A DNA stretch of 64,000 nucleotides from Candidatus Krumholzibacteriia bacterium (GCA_050174015.1 JBFXKG010000005.1:96001-160000), one strand, 5' to 3'; shown: positions 19,590 to 29,157, counted from the first letter of the stretch. The notes: a model not told the origin generated them from the letters alone. Numbers and translations are program-made.

Positions 19590-21691
19590 CCTCCCTGCGG
19601 AGCAAGGCGGGCCAGGGGGCGCTCCTGGGTCTGGGAGCGACGGCCCTGGCCTGCCTGCTGTGGTGGTCCGGGGCGCTGGAGCGGGCCGAGAACGTGACCT
19701 GGGACTGGCGGGTCCGCCTCACCGCGGGGGCCGATTCGCGGACGGCCGCGTTCGCAGCGGATTCCCTGGCGGTCATCCTGCTCGACCAGGCCAGCCTGGA
19801 CTGGGGCCAGGAGACCAGCGGCTGGTCCTGGCCGTGGCCGCGCGAGGTCTACGGGGCCGTCATCGGGTTCTGCAAGCAGGCGGGCGCCGCCACCCTGGCC
19901 TTCGACGTCCTGTTCACCGAGCCGTCGGTCTACGGCATGGCCGACGACGAGGCCCTGGCCGAGGCCATGGCCGACTTCGGTCCCTTCGTCGGGGCCCTGT
20001 TCGTTCACGAGGCATCGGCGGGGAACGCCCCCGACCGGGCCGGAGGCGACGGGCCTGCGCCGTCGCCCATCACCCTGCCCATCCCCGAGGTGGCGGCCGC
20101 CGCCGCCGTGCTGGGCAACGTGGCGGACGTTCCGGACGCCGACGGCATCTTCCGCCGCGCCTCGCTCGTTCGCCTCTCGCCGGATCCCGATCTTCTCAAT
20201 CGCCGCATCCCCTCGCTGGGTTACGCCCAGTTCGAACTCGCGCGGCCTGGCGCTTCAGCCGGTCTCACGTCCGTGGTGATCGACGGCGATCCGGTGCTCG
20301 GCTCCAGGGCGCCCCGGCCTGTCCTGAGGTACGTGGCCCCCGATCGGGCCTGGCCCCAGTACGGCGCCGCGGCGGTGATCCGGTCCTACCTGCAGATGAT
20401 GGAGGGTTCCGAGCCTACCCTCGACCCTGCGTCGCTGCGGGGGAGGCACGTGCTGTTCGGGTTCAGCGCTCCGGGCCTGCTCGACCTGCGGCCCACGCCC
20501 CTGAGTCGCGTGGCCCCGGGGGTGACCGTCCACGCCACGGTGCTGGCCGACCTGATGACCGACGGATTCATCGCCGGCACCCCGCCGGCCGCGGCGGTCC
20601 TCGTCCACGCGTTGCTGGCTGTGCTTACGGCCGGTCTGCTGCTGGGGGCCCGCAGGTCGTGGCAGACCGGCCTGGTGCTGCTGGGCGGGGTGGCGATCCT
20701 GCTGGTCTGGGCCTGGGCGCAGGCGTCGGCCGGTCGGTGGTGGCCGGTGGTTCCGGGGCTCGGCGGACAGGTCCTGGCCATGGCCGGGGCCCTGGTGCTG
20801 GCCTGGTCCACGGAGGGCCGCAAGAAGCGCTTCATCAGCCAGGCGTTCGGGCACTACCTCAGCCCCGCGGTGATCGCGGCGATCATGGAGGATCCCGACA
20901 GGCTTCAACTCGGCGGAGAGAGGCGCGAGCTGACCATCTTCTTCTCCGACCTGGCCGGATTCACCGGCATCAGCGAGAAGCTCGACCCGAAGGATCTGGT
21001 GGTCCTGCTGAACGAGTACCTGTCCGACATGACGGACATCATCCTGCAGGAGCAGGGCACGCTGGACAAATACGAGGGGGATGCGATCATCGCCTTCTGG
21101 AACGCGCCGCTGGACCAGCCGGACCATGCCGCGCGGGCGTGCCGCACGGCGGTGCTTTGCCAGCGCCGGCTGGCCGATCGCCGCGCCGGGTTCAAGGAGC
21201 GCTTCGGCGTCGATCTGCACATGCGCATCGGCCTGCACACCGGTCCGGTGACCGTGGGCAACATGGGTTCCCAGGACCGCTTCGATTACACGGTGCTCGG
21301 GGACGCCGCCAACCTGGCCTCGCGGCTGGAAGGCGCCAACAAGGTGTTCGGGACCGCCGTGATGGCGTCGCAGACGACGGTCGAGGCGGCCGCCGGGGCG
21401 GTCATCGCGCGCGAACTCGGCGACCTGCAGGTCGTCGGCCGCCAGACCGCGGTGACGGTCGCGGAGATCACCGGCCTCGCCGGCGATCCGGCCCCGGGTC
21501 ACTGGCCCGAGTACGCCCGGGCCCTGGAACTGTGCCGCGGGGGCCGTCCCCAGGACGCCTTGCCGGTGTTCGCGGGGCTTGGCTCCGGGCCGGCTGCGGA
21601 TCCTGCAGCGGCCGCCTGGGCCGAGCGCCTGCAGTCCGAAGCGGCCGAGCCGGAAGCCTTCGCTGCGGTCTGGAGCCTCAAGGGGAAGTAG
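19586..21691 (+). CDS. CHASE2-domain membrane adenylate cyclase (class III)
   Basis: WPWPREVY, FDVLF, DADGIFRR, PGVTVHA (CHASE2); TM helices; FSDLAGFT, DKYEGDA, DYTVLGDAANLASRLE. Confidence 0.95.
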   Translation: MTSLRSKAGQGALLGLGATALACLLWWSGALERAENVTWDWRVRLTAGADSRTAAFAADSLAVILLDQASLDWGQETSGWSWPWPREVYGAVIGFCKQAGAATLAFDVLFTEPSVYGMADDEALAEAMADFGPFVGALFVHEASAGNAPDRAGGDGPAPSPITLPIPEVAAAAAVLGNVADVPDADGIFRRASLVRLSPDPDLLNRRIPSLGYAQFELARPGASAGLTSVVIDGDPVLGSRAPRPVLRYVAPDRAWPQYGAAAVIRSYLQMMEGSEPTLDPASLRGRHVLFGFSAPGLLDLRPTPLSRVAPGVTVHATVLADLMTDGFIAGTPPAAAVLVHALLAVLTAGLLLGARRSWQTGLVLLGGVAILLVWAWAQASAGRWWPVVPGLGGQVLAMAGALVLAWSTEGRKKRFISQAFGHYLSPAVIAAIMEDPDRLQLGGERRELTIFFSDLAGFTGISEKLDPKDLVVLLNEYLSDMTDIILQEQGTLDKYEGDAIIAFWNAPLDQPDHAARACRTAVLCQRRLADRRAGFKERFGVDLHMRIGLHTGPVTVGNMGSQDRFDYTVLGDAANLASRLEGANKVFGTAVMASQTTVEAAAGAVIARELGDLQVVGRQTAVTVAEITGLAGDPAPGHWPEYARALELCRGGRPQDALPVFAGLGSGPAADPAAAAWAERLQSEAAEPEAFAAVWSLKGK

Positions 21692-21696
21692 GTCCG

Positions 21697-22536
21697 ATGA
21701 AGCTGTTCCTCGCAGGCGTGCGCGGGTCGCGCCCGGTCACCGGGTCGCAGGTGGCGCGCTACGGCGGAGACACCACCAGCGTCCTGGTCACCGGCCGGGC
21801 GGGCGAAACCGTGGTCATCGACGCCGGATCGGGACTGGCGGCCATCGAGCCGCGCCTGGGGGGACCCGCCCAGGACGTCCTTCTGCTCTTGACGCACCTG
21901 CATCTCGACCACCTGCAGGGACTGCCGGGATTCGGGCCGTTCTGGCAGGCCGGGCGCAGGATCGTCGTCCTCGGTCCGCTCGGCAGCCGGGATGCGGCAT
22001 GCGGTCTCGTCGGCCCGCCCTACTGGCCCCTGAGTCTCGTGGACGCCCCGGCGGACGTCGCCTTCACCGAGGGCGACCCCGCGGCGGTCGTCTGGGGCGG
22101 CCTGCGGATCAGCAGCTTCCCGGTGGCGCATCCGGGGGGGAGCCTGGCCTATCGCATCGACGAACCGGCTACGAACCGGTCTCTGGTGTTCGCCACCGAC
22201 GTCGAGTGGGAGTCGATGGACGCGTCCGCCCGGAGGGATTTCGCGGCCTTCTGCCGGACCCCGGCGCCGGTGGATCTGCTGCTGATGGACGGGCACCTGA
22301 CCCCCGCCAACGCCCCCGACCGCAGGGGCTGGGGACACAGTTCGTACGAGGAGGTGGCGGCCGCCGGCGAGGCGGCCGGGGCGGGCCGGGTACTCGTCAT
22401 CCACCACGATCCGGATCATGACGACGGGCAGCTCGACCGCCTGGCGGCCGACCTGGAGGCCCACGTGGCGCAGAGGGGGTACGCCTTCACGGCCGCCCTC
22501 GCAAGGCAAGGGGACGAGGAGGATCTCGGCGGATGA
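21697..22536 (+). CDS. MBL-fold metallohydrolase, putative cyclic-nucleotide phosphodiesterase
   Basis: GVRGSRP, YGGDTTS, THLHLDHLQG, GWGHS, HHDP; lies between the cyclase and the cNMP-binding channel. Confidence 0.85.
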   Translation: MKLFLAGVRGSRPVTGSQVARYGGDTTSVLVTGRAGETVVIDAGSGLAAIEPRLGGPAQDVLLLLTHLHLDHLQGLPGFGPFWQAGRRIVVLGPLGSRDAACGLVGPPYWPLSLVDAPADVAFTEGDPAAVVWGGLRISSFPVAHPGGSLAYRIDEPATNRSLVFATDVEWESMDASARRDFAAFCRTPAPVDLLLMDGHLTPANAPDRRGWGHSSYEEVAAAGEAAGAGRVLVIHHDPDHDDGQLDRLAADLEAHVAQRGYAFTAALARQGDEEDLGG

Positions 22537-24137
22537 ACCAGTATGCACCGTTGATCATCGAGCTGGGAATCATGGCGGCCGTGTGGCTGCTCGGGGCGGG
22601 GTTCGCCTCGGTGTTCCACCGGAAGTCGCGGACCGAACACGGGAGCCGGGGCCGCCCCCGCAACCTGGGGACGCTGCTGGCCTACCTGGCCCTGCCGGTC
22701 TTCGTGCTGGTCCTGTCCTTCGGGGCCGAACGGGCCGCCGGGCTGTTCCCGCAGGCTGCGGCCTGGCTCGACGGCCACGGCAACCACGTCTCGGCCTGGC
22801 TTCTGTTCTGGCTGGGAGTGGGGCTGATCCTGCTGGTCGAGGGAATCCTCCATCTGGTCTACGCCTCCCGCGGGCGGAACTTCCCGGTCCCGGACCTGCT
22901 GCTGGACATCCTGAGGCTGCTGCTGATCCTGGCGGTGGCTTTCGGTGTCCTGAGGTTCGAACTCGGACTGAACATCGGGCCCCTCCTGGCGTCCACCGCC
23001 CTGATCACGGCCGTGGTCGGCTTCGCCTTGCAGGGCGTGCTGGGGAACCTGCTGGCGGGCATGTCCCTGCACATCTCGCGGTCCATGGTGCCGGGAGACT
23101 GGATCGATCTGGGCGGGACCACGGGCAAGGTCGTCGAGACCAACTGGCGCGAGACCCGGGTGCGGACCAACGACGGCCACATGATCATCGTGCCCAACAG
23201 CAAGGTGGCCGACGCGGTCATCCACAACATGGTGCGGCCCAATTCCACCCGCCGCCATCAGGTCAACGTCGGTGCCAGCTACGCCGATGCTCCCGACGCC
23301 GTGATCGCCGCCCTGGTCGAGGCGGCGCTCGAGGTGCCCGAGGTCCTGCGCAACCCCGCCCCGGACGCCTTCGTCACCGCCTACCAGGATTACGGCATCA
23401 ACTACGTGCTGCGGTTCTGGTCGAAGGAGTACCACCGCCGGCTGGTCATCGAGGGTCACGTCAACCGGATGATCTGGTACAAGTTCAAGCGGCGGGGCAT
23501 CGAGATCCCCTTCCCCATGTCCGACAAGCTGCTGTACGACTTCATGGAGGTGGTTCAGACCCAGGGACGCAAGCCCGCGCCTGCCGCCGAGCTGAGCCGC
23601 ATCACCGAACTGCTGGCCGGCAGCGACCTCGTCCGCACCCTGGCGACCGATCTCCAGGGCGCGCCGCTGCTGACGCGGGAGCATCTGGCGGAACTCGCCC
23701 CTCACGTGCGCCGCGTCCTGTACACCCGGGGGGAGACCCTGTGCCGCCAGGGGGATCAGGGCGATTCCTGTTTCCTGGTGGTGAGCGGGCAGCTTTCCGG
23801 GCGGGTCCGCAACGAACAGGGACAGGAGATCGCCGCCTTCGATCTGGGGCCGGGGGCCCTGGTGGGCGAGATGAGCCTGATGCTGGGGGTTCCCCGTTCG
23901 GCGGAGATCACCCTGCCCGAGGGGGCCGAGTTGATCGAGATCGGCCCGGAGGCGTTCAAGGTGCTCCTGGGCCTGCATCCGGAGGTCCCCGAATCCCTGG
24001 CGAGACTGGCCGAGGACCGGGCCAAGGCCAACCGGGCGGCCCTGGAGGCCTGGGCCGGCGCCCGGAACGGAAACGAGGGGATCGAGTTGAACGCCAAGGG
24101 ATTCCTGCATCGGTTCCTGAAGATCCTGGGCCGCTGA
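22533..24137 (+). CDS. MscS-family mechanosensitive channel with C-terminal cNMP-binding domain
   Basis: GFALQGVLGNLLAG, WRETRV, IVPNS, GIEIPFP; RQGDQGDS, GEMSL..PRSA. Confidence 0.93.
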   Translation: MNQYAPLIIELGIMAAVWLLGAGFASVFHRKSRTEHGSRGRPRNLGTLLAYLALPVFVLVLSFGAERAAGLFPQAAAWLDGHGNHVSAWLLFWLGVGLILLVEGILHLVYASRGRNFPVPDLLLDILRLLLILAVAFGVLRFELGLNIGPLLASTALITAVVGFALQGVLGNLLAGMSLHISRSMVPGDWIDLGGTTGKVVETNWRETRVRTNDGHMIIVPNSKVADAVIHNMVRPNSTRRHQVNVGASYADAPDAVIAALVEAALEVPEVLRNPAPDAFVTAYQDYGINYVLRFWSKEYHRRLVIEGHVNRMIWYKFKRRGIEIPFPMSDKLLYDFMEVVQTQGRKPAPAAELSRITELLAGSDLVRTLATDLQGAPLLTREHLAELAPHVRRVLYTRGETLCRQGDQGDSCFLVVSGQLSGRVRNEQGQEIAAFDLGPGALVGEMSLMLGVPRSAEITLPEGAELIEIGPEAFKVLLGLHPEVPESLARLAEDRAKANRAALEAWAGARNGNEGIELNAKGFLHRFLKILGR

Positions 24138-24169
24138 AACGGGTTTTCAATAAATTTTCCACAACGGCA

Positions 24170-24200
24170 TGGACAATTCCGGAACCAATACTATAGTATT
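24170..24200 (+). promoter_or_regulatory. Sigma-70-like promoter with a palindromic operator over the -10
   Basis: TGGACA-16nt-TATAGT; perfect palindrome AATACTATAGTATT at 24187-24200. Confidence 0.55.
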
Positions 24201-24304
24201 TTGGTATGACTTGAATCCGTAGCCACCGACACGGAGAACCAACGGGACCGTTCCCTTGATTTCATCGCCCGGCGCTCTCGTTGCCGGGCTGAAAGGAAGC
24301 TGCA

Positions 24305-24898
24305 ATGAAGCGCACCACGACCACCCTGATCGCCATGCTGGCCATCCTCGCCCTGTCCGCCACCCTGGCCATGGCGGGGGACGACTGCGGAGCCAAGAAG
24401 GCCGCCGCCAAGGGCGCCTGCGCGGACAAGGCCGCCGCCTGCGCCGACAAGGCCGGCGCGACCGCTCTGGAAGCCTCAGCCAAGGGCGCCTGCGCGGACA
24501 AGGCCGCCGCCTGTGCGGACAAGGCCGGAGCGACCGCCATGGAAGCCTCCGCCAAGGGCGCCTGCGCGGACAAGGCTGCCGCCTGCGCCACCAAGGCCGG
24601 CTCGTGCCCTGATCAGGCCGCCTGCGACGCCGTCAAGGCCGCCATGCACAAGTGTTGCGCCGAGGCCATGGCCGCGGGCAACGGCTGCTGCGGCAAGGAC
24701 GCCGCCGGCCTGAAGGCCGACTTCACTCAGAAGGTCGCCTCCCACAAGGCCGCCATGGCCGTGAAGGCCGACATGCACAAGTGCTGCGCCGAGGCCCTCG
24801 ACGCGGGCAAGGGCTGCTGCGGCAAGGACGCCGCCGGTCTGAAGGCCGACTTCGACAAGAAGGTCGCCGGGGTCGAGAAGAAGGTCGCCTCGATGTAA
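24305..24898 (+). CDS. Secreted Cys/Ala/Lys-rich repeat protein
   Basis: Signal peptide; 3x AKGACADKAAAC; 2x MHKCCAEA.xAGxGCCGKDAAGLKADF; 17 Cys. Confidence 0.85.
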   Translation: MKRTTTTLIAMLAILALSATLAMAGDDCGAKKAAAKGACADKAAACADKAGATALEASAKGACADKAAACADKAGATAMEASAKGACADKAAACATKAGSCPDQAACDAVKAAMHKCCAEAMAAGNGCCGKDAAGLKADFTQKVASHKAAMAVKADMHKCCAEALDAGKGCCGKDAAGLKADFDKKVAGVEKKVASM

Positions 24899-24932
24899 TC
24901 CCCCGGTGCCAGCCTGACCACACACCGGGACG

Positions 24933-24963
24933 GACCCCGGCTCCCTGCGAGCCGGGGTCTTTT
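24933..24963 (+). terminator. Intrinsic terminator
   Basis: GACCCCGGCTC/GAGCCGGGGTC plus TTTT. Confidence 0.8.
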
Positions 24964-25079
24964 CCATGTCACCGGGTATCCATGCCTGCGTATTATCCCC
25001 TGTCGCCACCGGGCCGGGCATCCGTGCCGGTCCGGAGCGGGCAAGCGATCGGCGCCGATTTTCTTGCGAGGACGTGTCA

Positions 25080-25706
25080 TTGAACCTGAGAACCGCGTGG
25101 CGTGACCGCAGGCACGGGATCCTGCTCCGGCTGGCCCGGCGCGGTCACGAGGACTCCTTCACCAGGCTTTACCAGGAGCTGTACGCCCCGGTGACGGCTT
25201 TCGTCGCAAGCCGGGTCAGGAATCGCGAGGACGCCGAGGACGTCGTGTCCCAGGTCTTCCAGCGCTTCCTGGCGGGCATGGACGGGTTCGATGGCCGGCG
25301 CGGGAGCGTGCTCGGCTGGACCCTGGCCATGGCCCGACACGCAGTCATCGACCGCGCCCGGCGCCAGGCCGCCCACGGGGGCGCCCGGCGGTGGGTGGGG
25401 GACGTGGACGGCATGGCGGAGGTGCTGCCGTCCCCGGTCCCGGATGCCCTTGCGGCCCTGGTGGCGGACGAGGATCTGGCCAGGCTGGCCCGGCTGCTGG
25501 ACATGCAGCCGGCGGAGATCCGGGAGATGTTCGAGCTGCGCTTCGGCCAGGGCCTGGCCCTGAAGGACGTGGCCGGGGTGCTGGACCTGAGCGAGGACGC
25601 CGTCAAGCAGCGTTTCGCCCGGGCCACGCGGAAGCTGCGGGAACAATGGCGAGGCGACGTGAATCCGGCGGGCAAGGGAGGCAAGACATGCACGGCGACG
25701 GACTAG
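25080..25706 (+). CDS. ECF RNA polymerase sigma factor
   Basis: DAEDVVSQVF, WTLAMARHAVID, LSEDAVKQRFARA; start TTG 25080 or GTG 25074. Confidence 0.9.
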   Translation: MNLRTAWRDRRHGILLRLARRGHEDSFTRLYQELYAPVTAFVASRVRNREDAEDVVSQVFQRFLAGMDGFDGRRGSVLGWTLAMARHAVIDRARRQAAHGGARRWVGDVDGMAEVLPSPVPDALAALVADEDLARLARLLDMQPAEIREMFELRFGQGLALKDVAGVLDLSEDAVKQRFARATRKLREQWRGDVNPAGKGGKTCTATD

Positions 25707-26416
25707 AACGCAGGCTCGAACAGCTGCACAGACGCGCCACGGAGGAGGCCGGAGGAAGCGGACCGTCCGCGGACCACCGCCGATCCCTGCAGGCCGACCT
25801 CGTGACCCGCTATCGCCAGAAGTATCCCCGCCATCGGAGGTGGCTCATGCTGCTCAGTCCCTACACGCGCACCGGTCGTTTCGCCATGGCCCTGCTGGCC
25901 ATGGCCGTCCTCAGCGTCGGCGCCTGCTCGACGTCCACCACCACCCAGGTCGAGATGGGCCGGAAGGTCAGCATCGGACTGACCGACAAGGCCGCATCGA
26001 TTCCCGACATCGACGCCCGGCTCGGCGAGTTCTTCGCCACGGTCCCGGGCATCGAGAACCTCAACATCAACATCCAGAAGTTCACCGACGGCCAGGTGGT
26101 CTTCGACCTGATGGTGTGGGGCCAGGATCTGGACGGCGAGCAGCTGATCGCCGACCTGCGCCGGGAGATCCCCGAGTTGTCCGACGCCGCCATCACCACC
26201 GAGGCCCTGACCGGCACCATCGAGGAATCCCTGGTGGACAAGTGGAAGCGCGAGATCTTCCAGATGGAAGTGGACGGGGCGACCGAGGAGGAGATCCGCG
26301 CCCAGATCCTTGCCCAGCTCGCGGAGCAGGGAGCGGACGACGCCCAGGTCGAGGTCCGCATGGAGGACGGCAAGACGGAGATCAAGGTGATGGTGACGGA
26401 GGACGTGGAGGATTAG
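25688..26416 (+). CDS. Putative anti-sigma factor (cytoplasmic N-terminus, TM helix, periplasmic domain)
   Basis: Overlaps the ECF stop; TM FAMALLAMAVLSVGAC; acidic C-terminal domain. Confidence 0.65.
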   Translation: MHGDGLERRLEQLHRRATEEAGGSGPSADHRRSLQADLVTRYRQKYPRHRRWLMLLSPYTRTGRFAMALLAMAVLSVGACSTSTTTQVEMGRKVSIGLTDKAASIPDIDARLGEFFATVPGIENLNINIQKFTDGQVVFDLMVWGQDLDGEQLIADLRREIPELSDAAITTEALTGTIEESLVDKWKREIFQMEVDGATEEEIRAQILAQLAEQGADDAQVEVRMEDGKTEIKVMVTEDVED

Positions 26417-26524
26417 TCCGGCTCCATTCCGGGATGAAGGAACGGCTCCTCGCGAAACGGGGGGCTGTTTTTTCTGCCGTTGCGAGTTATCCTCCGGAAA
26501 TGGGCCGATTCAGGAGAGGAATCG

Positions 26525-27289
26525 ATGACCTGCAGCAATGGCCTCGTACTCGACCGCCCCCGCGGCCGCACCATCGTGGTCGGCGACATCCACGGCTGCT
26601 GGGACGAGTTCGCTACGCTCCTGGATGGCCTGGGCTTCGACGCCGGCGACCTCGTGCTGTGCGTGGGCGACCTCATCGACCGCGGCCCCGACACCTGGCG
26701 GGTGGCCCGCTTCTTCCGCAAGACCCCCAACGCCCACACCGCCCTGGGCAACCATGAGCGGTTGCTGGCCTGCCACATCCTGGAAAACGGTCCGGCCGCC
26801 TGGTCGCAGCAGCACGCCCTGGCGCAGCTGCCCCGAGAACAGTGGGAAGACTGGGCCCGCTGGCTCCTCGACCGTCCCGCGGTGATCGCCACGCCCGACG
26901 TGGTGGTGACGCACGCCAGGCTGGATCCGGTCGTTCCCCTTGCAGACCAGGATCCCATCCACACCTGCGCCATTGGTGACCCCAACGAATGGATCGAGCA
27001 GGATCCCGCCGGCGTCCCCCTGTGGATCAGGTCGTGGCAGGACCCGCGTCCGGTTTGCATGGGCCACCTCGTCTACCCGCAAGTCGAACTCGTACCCCGC
27101 CGGCTGTACGCCCTGGACACCGGTTGCTGCCGCGGGGGAGCGCTGACCGCCCTGGTCCTGCCGGACTTCGGGATCGTCGCCGAACCTGCCCGCGCCAACC
27201 ACGCCCTCCTGTCCCGCAAGGCCTGGGAGGCTCAGGCGCCCGGCGAACCGGGAACCGGACAGGACGGATCCCCGGCTGGAACCCCCTAG
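26525..27289 (+). CDS. Calcineurin-like metallophosphoesterase (ApaH/PPP-like)
   Basis: GDIHG, GDLIDRGP, GNHE, LDTGC. Confidence 0.92.
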   Translation: MTCSNGLVLDRPRGRTIVVGDIHGCWDEFATLLDGLGFDAGDLVLCVGDLIDRGPDTWRVARFFRKTPNAHTALGNHERLLACHILENGPAAWSQQHALAQLPREQWEDWARWLLDRPAVIATPDVVVTHARLDPVVPLADQDPIHTCAIGDPNEWIEQDPAGVPLWIRSWQDPRPVCMGHLVYPQVELVPRRLYALDTGCCRGGALTALVLPDFGIVAEPARANHALLSRKAWEAQAPGEPGTGQDGSPAGTP

Positions 27290-27379
27290 CCCGATGCCTC
27301 GAGGACACGAAGGTTGCGGAACTTAAGGCCATCCTGGATGATATGACCAGTGCACAATGACCACCGAAGGGATCACCAC

Positions 27380-28780
27380 ATGCAACTGACCTTCCACGGC
27401 GCCGCCGGCACCGTCACCGGCTCGCGGCACCTGCTCGAGGCCGCCGGCCAGCGCGTCCTCATCGATTGCGGCCTGTTCCAGGGGCTCAAGCAGCTGCGGC
27501 GGATGAACTGGGATACCCCGGGTTTCGAACCCGGGTTCCTCGATCGCGTCGTCCTGACCCACGCCCACATCGACCACACGGGTTACACCCCCCGCTTGCT
27601 GCAGTACGGGTTCAAAGGGCCGGTCCACTGCACCGAGCCTACCGCCGAACTGCTGGAACTGATGCTCATGGATTCGGCGCACCTGCAGGAGGAGGACGCG
27701 GCCTGGGCGAACAAGAAGGGGTTCTCCAAGCACGATCCCGCCGAACCGCTCTACACGTCGGTGGACGCCCTCAGGACGCTCAAGCTGATCCGGCCCGAAC
27801 CGTTCCAGCGCTGGATCGCGTGTTCGGAGGGGATGCGCATGCGCTACCACAATTCCGGACACATCCTCGGCGCGGGTTTCGTGGAGTTCCGCATCAAGGC
27901 CGACCGGCCCGACACGGTGAATCCGGGCGAGCTGACGGTGATCTTCAGCGGGGACGTCGGCCGCTACGACGTGCCCCTCCACCTCGACCCCGAGCCCCTG
28001 CCCGCCTGCGACGTCCTGATCATCGAATCGACCTACGGCAACCGCACCCACGACCACGAGCCCGTGCTGGAGCAGATCGGCGAGGAGTTCAGGCGCACGG
28101 TGCACAAGCGGGGGGTCATCCTCATCCCGGCGTTCGCGGTCGGACGCACCCAACTGGTGGGCCTGATCCTCCGCGGCCTGATGACCCAGGGCGACCTGGC
28201 CGAGGTCCCCATCCACATCGACAGTCCCATGGCCATCGACGCGACCCTGATCTACTCGCGCCACCTCTACGACGACAACCTGGACGAGGGCGTCACGGCC
28301 GACGACCGCAGCCGCCTGTTCCCCCGCAACGTGAAGCTGCATCGCACCGTCCACGAGTCCAAGCAGCTCAACACCCTGAAGGGGCCACGGGTGATCATCG
28401 CGGCCAGCGGGATGATGACCGGGGGGCGCATCCTCCACCATCTCATCCGGCGCCTGCCCGACCATCACAACCTGATCCTGCTGTCGGGCTACCAGGCGCA
28501 GGGTACGCGGGGCCGGTCGCTGCAGGACGGCGCCGACCATCTGCGCATGCACGGCCAGAACGTGCCGGTCCACGCCAAGGTGGCGACCATCGATGGACTC
28601 AGCAGCCACGCCGACATGAACGAGCTGATGCGCTGGGTCTCCACGGCTCCGCAGCCGCCGAAGCGGGTGTTCGTCGTCCATGGGGAAGAGGAGCAGTCGA
28701 GCCACCTGGCGGGGCTCATTCGTACGGCGACGGGGGCGGAGGTGACCGTTCCGGGTCTGAAGGATTCCTTCGCCTTGTGA
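27380..28780 (+). CDS. MBL-fold beta-CASP ribonuclease
   Basis: GAAGTVTGS, THAHIDHTG, GHILG, ESTYG, FAVGR, SSHAD, VHGE. Confidence 0.95.
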   Translation: MQLTFHGAAGTVTGSRHLLEAAGQRVLIDCGLFQGLKQLRRMNWDTPGFEPGFLDRVVLTHAHIDHTGYTPRLLQYGFKGPVHCTEPTAELLELMLMDSAHLQEEDAAWANKKGFSKHDPAEPLYTSVDALRTLKLIRPEPFQRWIACSEGMRMRYHNSGHILGAGFVEFRIKADRPDTVNPGELTVIFSGDVGRYDVPLHLDPEPLPACDVLIIESTYGNRTHDHEPVLEQIGEEFRRTVHKRGVILIPAFAVGRTQLVGLILRGLMTQGDLAEVPIHIDSPMAIDATLIYSRHLYDDNLDEGVTADDRSRLFPRNVKLHRTVHESKQLNTLKGPRVIIAASGMMTGGRILHHLIRRLPDHHNLILLSGYQAQGTRGRSLQDGADHLRMHGQNVPVHAKVATIDGLSSHADMNELMRWVSTAPQPPKRVFVVHGEEEQSSHLAGLIRTATGAEVTVPGLKDSFAL

Positions 28781-28794
28781 CCGGATCCGGGATA

Positions 28795-29109
28795 GGGGTC
28801 ATACCTGATCCCGTCGCTCCGAAAGGCAGGTAGTCGCTCCGGAATCAGGTATGACCCCCATTCCCGCCGGCGCACATGGCGAAGGCCTTCCTGCCATTCC
28901 CGAAACAGCCGCCTCCGCTCGGATCGCCCCGACAGGGGGCCTACCTCAACGGCCTTGTACGGGGGATGTCCTGCTGGAGCATCGGAGATACAAACGAAGG
29001 CCCCGACGCGACTATCTGCCTTTCGGAGCGTCGGGGCCTTCGTTTGTATCTCCAGGGATCCTGTCAGGCATCCCCCGGCGCGACTGTTTGCCTTTCGGAG
29101 CGCCGGGGG
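28795..29109. repeat. Cluster of three REP-like hairpins sharing a 23-nt core
   Basis: Core CGCTCCGAAAGGCARRYAGTCGC at 28815-28837(+), 29008-29030(-), 29080-29102(-); perfect stems of 15, 26 and 10 bp. Confidence 0.85.
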
Positions 29110-29157
29110 CCCTGTCTGTTCATCTACTGCCGCCCAAGGTGAGAGCGACCCGCGGCC

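Noticed and set aside
28795..29116. CRISPR array
   Set aside because: Copies are in mixed orientation, unevenly spaced and flanked by self-complementary arms; no cas genes
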